DNA of 64,000 bases from Phyllobates terribilis (lineage: Eukaryota): NCBI RefSeq assembly GCF_046119375.1, contig NW_027362764.1, forward strand, positions 604,004,001 through 604,068,000, written 5' to 3'. Positions 12,621 through 23,479 of the stretch are shown here, in pieces; within the stretch, counting starts at the first letter, position 1, and each line of letters begins with the position of its first letter. Below the pieces are notes generated by a model that ran no database searches, was not told the DNA's origin, and saw only the letters and a list, made by a program, of their open reading frames with translations. The position numbers and the translations under genes were made by a program.

Positions 12621-13979
12621 TTAGTAGGAGACGTTGCGCTAAGAAGAGCCATATCTTTAATTTAATTTTGGAGTAAACCTTCTTCATGTTCCCATTCAAA
12701 TGAGGTGCGTGGAGCAACATGGGTATGGCTGACCGGTTACAAGCATCCTTCCTCCCACAGTTTTAGTATCTCTCAGTGCTGTCAATCATTACTGCAGTTC
12801 AGGGCTAGCCTGTGAAACTGTGGGATTAAGTGTGCTTCAGGCCACGCGGGCCCATCCAGGGTGCCAGAGCACCTCACCTTCATATGGATATAAGCCTATG
12901 TGTACTCTGGTGTTTAGGCTCCTGTTTCTCCTTTGGCGTACAAATACTGAGGTAAAATACTGACAATATACTATGAATTAACACATGTGGAATTATATAC
13001 TTAACAAAAAAGTGTGAAACAACTGAAAATATGTCTTATATTCTAGGTTCTTCAAAGTAGCCACCTTTTCCTTTGATGACTGCTTTGCACACTCTTGGCA
13101 TTCTCTTGATGAGCTTCAAGAGGTAGTCACCGGAAATGGTCTTTCAACAATCTTGAAGGAGTTCCCAGAGATGCTTAGCACTTGTTGGCCCTTTTGCCTT
13201 CACTCTGCGGTCCAGCTCACCCCAAACCATCTCGATTGGGTTCAGGTCTGGTGACTGTGGAGGCCAGGTCATCTGGCGTAGCACCCCATCACTCTACTAC
13301 TTGGTCAAATAGCCCTTACACAGCCTGGAGGTGTGTTTGGGGTCATTGTCCTGTTGAAAAATAAATGATGGTCCAACTAAACGCAAACCGGATGGAATAG
13401 CATGCCGCTGCAAGATGCTGTGGTAGCCATGCTGGTTCAGTATGCCTTCAATTTTGAATAAATCCCCAACAGTGTCACCAGCAAAGCACCCCACACCATC
13501 ACACCTCCTCCTCCATGCTTCACGGTGGGAACCAGGCATGTAGAGTCCATCCGTTCACTTTTTCTGCGTCGCACAAAGACACGGTGGTTGGAACCAAAGA
13601 TCTCAAATTTGGGCTCATCAGACCAAAGCACAGATTTCCACTGGTCTAATGTCCATTCCTTGTGTTCTTTAGCCCAAACAAGTCTCTTCTGCTAGTTGCC
13701 TGTCCTTAGCAGTAGTTTCCTAGCAGCTATTTTACCATGAAGGCCTGCTGCACAGTCTTCTCTTAACAGTTGTTATAGAGATGTGTCTGCTGCTAGAACT
13801 CTGTGTGGCATTGACCTGGTCTCTAATCTGAGCTGCTGTTAACCTGCGATTTCTGAGGCTGGTGACTCAGATAAACTTATCCTCAGAAGCAGAAGTGACT
13901 CTTGGTCTTACTTTCCTGGGGCGGTCTTCATGTGAGCCAGTATCTTTGTAGCGCTTGATGGTTTTTTGCAACTGCACTT

Positions 13980-15696
13980 AGTAACATAGTAACATAGTTT
14001 GTAAAGCCGAATAAAGACTTGCGTCCATCAAGTTCGACCTGTTAGTTCTGTAATTGCTAAATTTGATCCAGAGGAGGGCAAAAACCCCAAATGATTTGGC
14101 CAATCTTCACCTGAGGAAAAATTCCCTCCCGACTCTGAAACCAGCAGTCAGAATAAATCCCTGTATCAACCTACTATTTTATTTTATTTTTAAGTATATG
14201 CTGAAATCTGCCTGGTATCTAGAAATGCATCCAGTCCCCGCTTGAACTGGTGTAGTGAATCCGACATTACCGTCTCCTCACTCAGTGAATTCCATATTCT
14301 CACTGCTCTTACCGTAAAGAACCCCTTCCTATGCTGGTGCTGAAACCTTTTCTCTTCCAGTCTTAGTGAATGCCCTCTTGTTACCGTAATATCCCTCCTT
14401 TTGAACAAATCCCGGGCAAGATCTCTATACTGTCCCCTAACATATTTGTACACATTTATTATGTCCCCCCTCAACCTTCTCTTTTCCAGGCTGAATAGTC
14501 CTAGTTTTGCCAACCTCTCTGGGTATTGCAGTCCCTCCATTCCCTTTATTAATTTTGTTGCCCTCCTTTGCACCTTTTCAAGCTCATTTATATCCTTTCT
14601 ATATATTGGGGCCCATAACTGAGCACAGTATTCCAAGTGTGGTCTGACCAGTGCTTTGTACAGTGGAAGAACAATGTTCTCATCCTTTGCAGCTATACCT
14701 CTTCTGATACATCCCATTATCCTGTTTGCCCTTACAGCAGCGGCCTGACTTTGGGCACTCCAATTTAGTTTGCTATCAATCAAGATGCCCAAGTCCTTCT
14801 CCATCTCTGAATTCCCCAATGATTTCCCATTCAGTGAGTACTGGTGACTTCCATTTTTCCTTCCCATATGTATTACCTTACATTTCTCCTCGTTAAACCT
14901 CATTTGCCATTTAATGCTCCACCTACCCAGCTTATCCAAATCCCTCTGTAGGTCTGCACTGTCCTCTTTTGTATTAATTGTTTTACATAACTTTGTGTCA
15001 TCTGCAAATATTGATATTTTACTATTTATCCCATTGACTATGTCGTTAATAAAGATATTAAATAACATTGGGCCTAGTACAGACCCCTGTGGTACCCCAC
15101 TAGTGACGCTTACCCAATCTGAGTATATTCCATTTATAACCACCCTCTGCCTTCTATCCTTTAGCCAGTTAGCTACCCACTTGCAGACATTTTCCCCCAG
15201 CCCCATCATTCTCATTTTGTATACCAACCTATTATGTGGCACGCTATCAAACGCTTTTGAGAAGTCGAGATACACGACATCCACTGGTTCCCCCTGATCT
15301 ACTCGAGAGCTAACCTCCTCGTAGAAGTCAATCAGGTTTGTTTGACAGGAGCGATTCCTCATGAATCCATGTTGGTTTGGGGTTAATAGATTATTAGCAT
15401 CAAGATGCTCCGTAATTGCCTCTTTAATGAAGCTTTCAAAAATTTTGCCCACAACGGACGTCAGACTCACCGGCCGATAGTTTCCGGCGTCACTTTTCGC
15501 TCCCTTTTTGAATATTGGCACTACATTCGCCTGTCGCCAATCAAGTGGTACAGACCCAGTCTCAACAGAGTCCTTAAATATAAGATATAACGGTCTGTCT
15601 ATCACATTACTTAGTTCCCTTAGTACCCGTGGGTGTATGCCATCAGGTCCTGGTGATTTGTTTATTTTAATGCTACTGAGGCGTTTCTGTACCCCA
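13980..15696 (-). mobile_element. CR1 LINE, 5'-truncated
   Basis: 3' end has the octamer tail (ACTATGTT)n on the minus strand. Inserted in the Tc1 at gcactt|ggggacac with a possible ACTT duplication. Confidence 0.93.
14190..15695 (-). CDS. CR1 ORF2 reverse transcriptase region (endonuclease lost by truncation)
   Basis: Frame is open from the truncation point (KSPGPDGIHPRVLRELS) through [26 protein letters not shown] and FADD to the stop. About 500 codons with no stop. Confidence 0.9.
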   Translation of the reverse strand, partial: GVQKRLSSIKINKSPGPDGIHPRVLRELSNVIDRPLYLIFKDSVETGSVPLDWRQANVVPIFKKGAKSDAGNYRPVSLTSVVGKIFESFIKEAITEHLDANNLLTPNQHGFMRNRSCQTNLIDFYEEVSSRVDQGEPVDVVYLDFSKAFDSVPHNRLVYKMRMMGLGENVCKWVANWLKDRRQRVVINGIYSDWVSVTSGVPQGSVLGPMLFNIFINDIVNGINSKISIFADDTKLCKTINTKEDSADLQRDLDKLGRWSIKWQMRFNEEKCKVIHMGRKNGSHQYSLNGKSLGNSEMEKDLGILIDSKLNWSAQSQAAAVRANRIMGCIRRGIAAKDENIVLPLYKALVRPHLEYCAQLWAPIYRKDINELEKVQRRATKLIKGMEGLQYPERLAKLGLFSLEKRRLRGDIINVYKYVRGQYRDLARDLFKRRDITVTRGHSLRLEEKRFQHQHRKGFFTVRAVRIWNSLSEETVMSDSLHQFKRGLDAFLDTRQISAYT

Positions 15697-16203
15697 ACTT
15701 GGGGACACTTTCAAAGTTTTCCCAATTTTTCGCACTGACTGACCTTCATTTCTTAAAGTAATGATGGCCACTCGTTTTTCTTTACTTAGCTGCTTTTTTC
15801 TTGCCATAATACAAATTTTAACAGTCTATTCAGTAGGACTATCAGCTGTGTATCCACCTGACTTCGCGCAACACAACTGATGGTCCCAACCCCATTTATA
15901 AGAAATAAATCCCTCTTATTAAACCTGACAGGGCACACCTGTGAAGTGAAGACGATTTCCGGTGACTACCTCTTGAAGCTCATCAAGAGAATGCTAAGAG
16001 TGTGCAAAGCAGTCATCAAAGCAAAAGGTGGCTACTTTGAAGAACCTAGAATATAAGACATATTTTCAGTTGTTTCACACTTTTTTGTTAAGTATATAAT
16101 TCCACATGTGTTAATTCATAGTTTTGATGCCTTCAGTGTGAATGTACGATTTTCATAGTCATGAAAATACAGAAAAATCTTTAAAGGAGAAGGTGTGTCC
16201 AAA

Positions 16204-16334
16204 NNNNNNNNNNNNNNNNNNNNNNNNNNNNNNNNNNNNNNNNNNNNNNNNNNNNNNNNNNNNNNNNNNNNNNNNNNNNNNNNNNNNNNNNNNNNNNNNN
16301 NNNNNNNNNNNNNNNNNNNNNNNNNNNNNNNNNN
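16204..16334. other. Assembly gap (N run)
   Basis: 131 N. Confidence 1.
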
Positions 16335-17517
16335 TTCAGTTCTTCAATACAAAAAGTGAAACTCATATTTGGACAATAGATCGTTATTGATGACACAAAC
16401 CATTTAAGTTATATATAGTGTATGGGGAAAAAAATCCATAAGGCTTCCTTTTCACTTCACGTGTTATTAAAATGTTTTGTGAAATATATATTTTTTTATA
16501 CATTCATTTTTTTTCTACACTTTACTGTTTTATAAAGAAGCTATTGGAAATAAGTCACCCAAAAATGCCATACCTAGAACATGGTGTGCTTAAAAAATGT
16601 GTGTATGTAACCACCCCAAAGAAGGTTTCTCAACAGAACTTCAAAGTGACCGGCAGAGTAACGTTGCCATGCTATTTTTACTGTGAATTGTGGGAGATTT
16701 ACGAAGCAGCTAATTATGCTGGAATTCTTGCATACTTTTTGGTAAAAACGATCTACTATGACCTGATCCTATGTGTTATTGACACTTTCCAGTCTTTTGA
16801 CAAGGGGTATGACATATCATGAAATCGAATCATTCAGCTTTGCTGAAAAGGGGCATGGTCTAAGCGACACTGCCATCATTGTGAGGCACTTTTCTGCTGA
16901 AAAGTAAATGGATTGAGGTTGTAACATTAGACTAGACTGTCTAAAAATGCACCAAATTGACAAGCATGAGCTATTGTGATAAATATGGCATATTTTAAGA
17001 CTGGCTACTGTAGGTTTACACTATCTAAAAATTAGACCATAGTAAATTCCCCTCGGTGAATGCAAAAAAAAACAAAACCTCTGTACAAAGATTTTTTTTC
17101 TCCATTTTTCAATATAATATACGGTAAATTTAAATGGTGCCATTAAAATAAAACTCGTCCTCCAATAAACAAACCGTTCCTTAGCTATATCAAAAGAAAA
17201 AAGAATGTCATGGCCAAAGAGGCATGTTCACACATAGTGAATACATTGGTTTTTTTTTAATCTGGATGGAAAATCTGCAAACAGAGGACATTGACCTACA
17301 AAACAAATTTACACTTTTTGCAAATAAATTGTGAAGTAGGCCAGCTGATGCTCAGCAAAATCTGCAGTGCAAAATTTGTAAGTGTGAACATTCTTTTGGA
17401 GTCTTTTTCTCAAAAACCCCATATGGGCATTATGAGTTAAATGACGGTTTCCTGGTTAGCAATTTCCATCAATTAGCTGAATAAGAAAGTTGCTATCAAG
17501 AGTGTTTCTCACTCTGA

Positions 17518-17867
17518 GGCTGGGTGCCCAAGATGCGTTTTTCAAGTGGAATCTCCGTAGCGGAAACGCTTTTAAAACACTTGGTAATCCATGCCCCACA
17601 GTCCCCAATGAAAATCCGCATGTTCTGTGCACATGCTGTGGATTTTCTGTGCGGAAAAATTCGCAGCATGTCCATTATTTGTGCATTTCCGCAAGCTGAT
17701 TTGACTACTCAATGCATTTGAAAAACACATGGCAAATCCGCATGTAAAAACGCAGCAAAAAATGCTTAAAAAACGCGTGTAAAATCCGCAAGCGTTTTTA
17801 CTGCCAAGGACATGCAGAAACACTGCGGAAATTTTCTGCTTCAATTCTGCATTGTGGGCACATAGCC
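17518..17867. mobile_element. Harbinger-like MITE (GGCTATGTGCCCAC family)
   Basis: TGA|GGCTGGGTGCCCA ... TGGGCACATAGCC|TTA. Confidence 0.7.
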
Positions 17868-18565
17868 TTAAGGAATCAACCATATTGGAAGCAGATGACC
17901 AATTTATTTCAGGGGGCACAATGTGTTGCTTAGTTTTTCTTGCGGTGATGCTGTAGAGGATGAACACTTGTTGCTTAGTTTCCACCATAGCTTACAGCTG
18001 CCCGCTCGAGGGTCTAGCAGTGAAACAAACTTTGTTCATCTTAAAACTCTGATCAGCTCCTAGGTTAATTTCACCCACTGTGGGTTGTTGTTTTTTTTTA
18101 CGCTATGTAAACTGACCTGTTCGGGCTCACAAAAATGCACCACAGGTGAATTTCTCTTCTGGGTATGCTGAGTTTTATGTGAAGATTTTCCACATAGAAT
18201 TGCATTAAATTACGGTAAGTAAAACCTGCCATTGATTCCAGGGTATTGTCCCGTTTACTCTTCTTTTTTTGTAGTTTTATAATTGAAAATTATATAACCT
18301 TTCAATAAAAATTGAATTTGAAAAAAAAATGTGTAAAACCTGACATACCAAAAGTAGACAAAAACACAATAAAACACATGTAAAAAATGCATTAAAAATA
18401 CAATGGAAAAAAAAAAACCTACAAGTAACTTAATATACCAAATAGGTGCAATAAAAACTCACTAAATATTCACAATGTAGCCTTAGCGAGACCTTCAATA
18501 TTGTGAAGAAGGAACTACATGAGCTCTGATGCCTATATACATTCATGGCCAAAAGTTCCAGAAAA

Positions 18566-18767
18566 TGAAATTGTTCCAGAAAATCAAGTTTTTCTCCCAG
18601 AAAATGATTGCAATTGCACATGTTTTGTTATACACAACAATACTCACCTTGAGATGTTGTGCCAGGTGAGCACAACTCCACTAATCGTTAAAACACCATG
18701 CAGCCTAGGTCTTGCATCCACGTCTGAGCTTGCCAATCTTTTTGGGGGTTTTGTGTGAAATTATGTC

Positions 18768-18799
<32 letters not shown>

Positions 18800-19005
18800 G
18801 TGTAGTTTCAATGCACACAAAGGAAATTAACATAGTTGGCAGCTCAGCCATGGATGCAAGACATAGGCTGCATCGTGTTTTAACGATTAGTGGAGTTGTG
18901 CTCACCTGGCACAACATCTCAAGGTGAGTATTGTTGTGTATAACAAAACATGTGCAATTGCAATCATTTTCTGGGAGAAAAACTTGATTTTCTGGAACAA
19001 TTTCA
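18566..19005. repeat. ~170-bp inverted repeat (arms 18566-18736 and 18836-19005) with a poly-T spacer
   Basis: The same peptide (EIVPENQVFLPENDCNC...TTPLIVKT) appears in ORFs on both strands, so the arms are close to identical over ~130 bp. Confidence 0.95.
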
Positions 19006-20039
19006 ATGAATGAATTTATTTCTGTGTTCAAAACATTGTGGCCCCACGTGAGATGGGTGAATCGATACACAGGACCCCGGATCAGCCCTGTGAATCGCCT
19101 CCTACCCGGAGGCATCCACGACTTCTCTTGTGATTACCTGGGCAGGCATGACATTGTGTGTCCATCAAGGCTCACTGATTTCACTCCAGCCCAGCTAATC
19201 AAAAGAGGAGCCACTAATGCCTTCAGGTAGGATGCGATTCACACAATTTACAGGGCTCCATCCAATTGTCATGAAATACTGACCGGGCTGCTGGACTGTG
19301 ACCCGGTGAATAAATCTCTCATCTCTACTTTCCAACAATTATATTCTTTTACTGCTAAGGACTAGTGTTGAGCGAGCACTAAAATGCTCGGGTGCTCGAA
19401 GCTCGGGCCGAGCTCGCCGTGATACTCGGGTGCTCGACCCGAGCAACGAGCCCAATGTTGGTCTATGGGAGACTCGAGCATTTTTGCGGTGGCACCCCCG
19501 GCAGTCTTTTAAAAGCCTAACAAGTGCCCAAAACGATAGTGACAGTGCTCAAATGACATGGGGACAGCATGGGGATCGCCCCAGGAAGCATTTCTGACCC
19601 CCAGGTCACTGCTGTCAACAACGTGGTCAGAGGTATTAAGCCACTTTTACAGGCTCACAATAAAACGTTCAAAAACGAAAGTGAAACTTTTTTCCTGTGA
19701 AATATGTTAAGGAACATCCTTTCCAGGGTAAAGACTTGTGTATAAGTTAAAATAAATGGCCAAAAACAAAAATACTCCTCCACACCTTCGGCTATGTTCA
19801 CAAGTAGCATTTTTATGCGTTTTTGCACTTTTGTATTGCTTTCAACTATGACAAATGCATTCACCGTGAAATGTCATTTTAACATTTTACAACCTTATCT
19901 GGCCATGTGCTGTGTGACACATGCATAAAGTGCTGAAAAGACAAGGGAACAGCATGGGGAAGACCCCTGGAAGCATCTCTGACTCCCAGGTCACTGTCTA
20001 AAAGTGTGCCCATCATAAGTGATCCTTACCGCATCAGAA

Positions 20040-21520
20040 GATGCAGACTTGCAACTATCCCCATGCAAGTTCTAGTCCCAGGGCAGTGTTCAATTGTACC
20101 TCCCCCATTCCTTGCAATACAAGCTCAAGTATGCAGCCTGCCACCCACCCACCCCCAGGCTGCAATACCATACTGCTTGCTTGCTTGAACTTGAAATTGG
20201 GCCTTTTAGGCATGTGGAGGCGGAATCTGGCCACCACGTCATGGCTGTGTTGGCGGCCTGGAATCCATACTCAGTCCCCAGCCGCCCGGCGGCCGGGTGT
20301 CCATACTCTGTCCCCAGCCGCCCCGCGGCCGGGTGTCCACACACGGTCCCCAGCCGCCTGGGGGCAGCCGGGTGTCCATAAACGGTCCCCAGCCGCCCCT
20401 ATTTCTCCTTGGAACATCCCCCCACACACTTTTATTAGCCCGGCCTGCTTTGGGCACCATTGTACGAGCCCACCAGAGAACCAGACTCCTCCGGTGGGCC
20501 CTGACTTCTCCATTGGTGGAGTTGAGAGTGCCAAGGTGAGGAGCATGATGATGATGACAGAAGTTAGCATCTGCTATGTTTTCTTTTAATGCAAGTGTAA
20601 GTGTGCAGCCTGCCACCCACCCACCCCCAGACTGCAATTCCATACTGCTAGCTTGCACTTGAAATGGGGCCTTTTAGTTTGGAGGAGGCCGAAGCTGGCC
20701 ACTACCTCATGGCTGCTTCGGCAGCGAGGTATCCGTACTCAGTCCCCAGCCGGCCATATTTGTCCTGGTGTGCCTTATACATAAGATTAAGCGCGTATAC
20801 CAAAACATTACCTGTGCCCTCCCCAGTGCATTTAGTGGGAAGGAGAGCCTATTCCACTGTAGTGTGTGCATGCCAAACCCCTGTTCATGGTACATGCGAA
20901 GATGCCTCCCACCTTGCACCTGTCGTTGCAGACTTGCAACTATCCCCATTCAAGTCCTTGTCCCAGGGCAGTGTTCAATTGTACCTCTCCCATTCCTTGC
21001 AGTGCAAGCGCAAGTATGCAGCCTGCCACCCACCCACCCCCAGGCTGCAATACCATACTGCTTGCTTGCTTGCACTTTAAATTGGGCCTTTTAGGCATGT
21101 GGAGGCGGAATCTGGCCACCACGCCATGGCTGTGTCGGCGGCCTGGTATCCATACTCAGTCCCCAGCCGCCTGGTGGCCGGGTGTCCCCGCTTGCTCCCC
21201 AGCCTCCAGGGGGTGGCCGGGTGTGCATACTCGGTCCCCAGCCACCCCTATTTGTCCCGGTAACCTTTCCCACACTTTTCTTAGCCTGGCCTGCTTTAGG
21301 GCAGCATTGGCCGACCCCACCGGACTATCAGACTCCTCTGGTGGGCCCTGGCTTCTCCATCAGGGGAGTTGAGAGTGCCAAGGTGAGGAGCATGATGAGG
21401 ATGATAGAAGTTAGCATCTGCTTTGTTTTGTTGTAATGCAAGCGCATGTATGTAGTAGCGGCTAGGCCTGAGGTGGTCAGCGTTTTGGCGCATATCCTAC
21501 CTCCTCCGAGGATTGCTGGA
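20040..21520 (+). repeat. Internal 885-bp-period duplication made of degenerate transposase-domain copies on the strand opposite the transposase
   Basis: cagacttgcaactatcccc occurs at 20044 and 20929. Translations such as SVQLYLSHSLQCKRKYAA...LLAL..PFRHVEAES...MAV...YSVPSR match transposase SVQLSISQTFERKRKFAA...LLALEMLPFRLVETES...MAV...YSVPSR. Confidence 0.85.
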
Positions 21521-21921
21521 TGTTTTCCTGCTACTATCCAAGTTCTATGACTCCCGTTAAAACAAAGCTTCAGGTGATAAATGATGGATGAGGTAGTGGC
21601 AAAGGAGAAAGAGCAGGAGGAACAGGGACCATTCACATCAATATCAGGCCAGTCAACCAGATATGACTTGTAGGATATGTTTCTGTAACAAAAGGAGCGG
21701 TTCGGCTGCACAGTTATAGGGCATACAGTGAGTGCAATGCCTACCAAAAATTTCGAGCCACTCCAATGCCCCTTGGAAATGACATGGAGGTCAGAGGGCG
21801 TTAACTAAACCTTTTTTTCCATTTATAGCAACTGGGTCTCCCGTGCACTGTTGGCCTAAGCAGTGAATGGAAGGCTTTCCAAAAATTATGAGGAACTGCA
21901 ATGCCCCTTACAAGAGCCATG

Positions 21922-22936
21922 TGTGGCACCCCAGGGGTCTGGTCACCACAGTAATAGAGATATTACGTCGGAGAGCAAGTGGGAGGTTTCCTGGTCAGGA
22001 TCCCTTAAACATGCAACATCCTCCTGCCCCAATCCTGGGAGGGGAGAATTCTGCCCTTATAAACTGGATCTGGGGCGGGGTTGAATGAGTCAGAGAACAG
22101 TCAGAGTCAGAGTGAGAGCAAGGGAAAGTAACAGCAAGGAGCTCTGTAGGAGCTAAAGACCAGGGGCTGGAAGCTGAGCAGAGCTCGCCCTGGCAGAAGA
22201 CAATAGGAACCGGACACAGGAGTCCGAAGCTGTGAGGACTTATATATCCAGCAACAGAAACCAGCCGGCAGGGGATTTCAGGTCCTCTGGCCATAGAAGC
22301 CCGGAGGCTCAGTCACAAGCAAGGGACCAGCACAGCCGTCGTGGAGCGGAGGCTAGCAGAAGGCCCCAAGTCACCAGCCATACGGGTGAGCACTACACGG
22401 TACACTCAGGGACGTGGGCTACTTCTACCCGCTTACAGCAAGGTAGCCAGGAAGAGTGCAGACAGACGGGGAGGCCTACAACTCCACCTGGCCAGGGGAA
22501 CTCCTGCTTGCTCACAGACTGACCAGGTCTCTTATGCTAGCCAGTACTCCCGGGAGGGTCTGCCTTATAATCATCAGTAAAGACCCTGAACTGCACTGCA
22601 AAGACTCTGAGTCATTCCTGCTGTGCTCGTGCACCATCACCCCCATCATCCACACTCACTGCCCTGAGGCTATACTCCTCCCGAGTCAAGTTATCCCATT
22701 CTATGCTGCGCACACAACACCAGCCTCAGCGGTCTGCCTCGCAGCGGTGGTACTCCCGGTCCGCAATCCACGGGTGGCGCAGTCGGACAATTAACCTCAA
22801 ACCCTAAGAAAGACTGCCACTGGTTTGACCAGCCTGAGCCACGGGACCGGGTCACCGCCACGGAGACTACAGACGCCAGAGACCCGGCACCGGGTATCCC
22901 ACACACGTGTACACACGGCCCAGGGGGCGCGTCACA
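21922..22936 (+). mobile_element. Solo LTR nested in the hAT
   Basis: TGTGGCACCCC...GGGCGCGTCACA termini, CATG on both flanks (the right copy overlaps the terminal CA) and TATAAA at 22058. Confidence 0.8.
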
Positions 22937-23320
22937 TGCAGTACAGCATATTACAAACATAAGTCCCATTATTGGGGAGTGGGTGTCCCATAGTATTTGC
23001 TTATGCTTTCCCAGCAAAAGCTGCCAAAAATTAGGATGGAGCAACTTGCAATGCCCCTTACAAGAGCCATGCAGTACAGCATATTACAAACATAAGTCCC
23101 ATTATTGGGGAGTGGGTGTCCCATAGTATTTGCTTATGCTTTCCCAGCAAAAGCTGCCAAAAATTAGGACGGAGCAACTTGCAATGCCCCTTACAAGAGC
23201 CATGCAGTACAGCATATTACAAACATAAGTCCCATTATTGGGGAGTGGGTGTCCCATAGTATTTGCTTATGCCTTGCAAGCAAAAGCTGCCAAAAATAAG
23301 GACGGAGGAACTTGCAATGC
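22937..23320. repeat. 133-bp tandem repeat, ~3 copies (hAT 3' region)
   Basis: Units start at 22937, 23070 and 23203. The tail of a preceding unit lies left of the LTR (21880-21921). Confidence 0.95.
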
Positions 23321-23479
23321 TGGCACCCTGGTGGTATAGTGGTGGTGGAGGCTGAGGATAAGGAGAAGAAGATTAAACAGCCGAAACGAGGAAGCGTATA
23401 CCCATGTGTGGGTGTGAAGCGGTGCATGTGAATACACCTCCCGAAATAACACAGTGGATTTGACTTTGTTACTCTGCTG

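Larger units (their letters stand above)
12971..16203 (-). mobile_element. Tc1-like transposon (DD38E type), left end truncated, split by a CR1 insertion
   Basis: 12971-13979 and 15697-16203 are colinear and nearly identical to 49615-51243. Peptides WSDEPKFEIFG and [20 protein letters not shown] are present. Confidence 0.92.

Noticed and set aside
14401-15738. Plus-strand ORFs overlapping the CR1
   Set aside because: Antisense shadows of an open RT frame.
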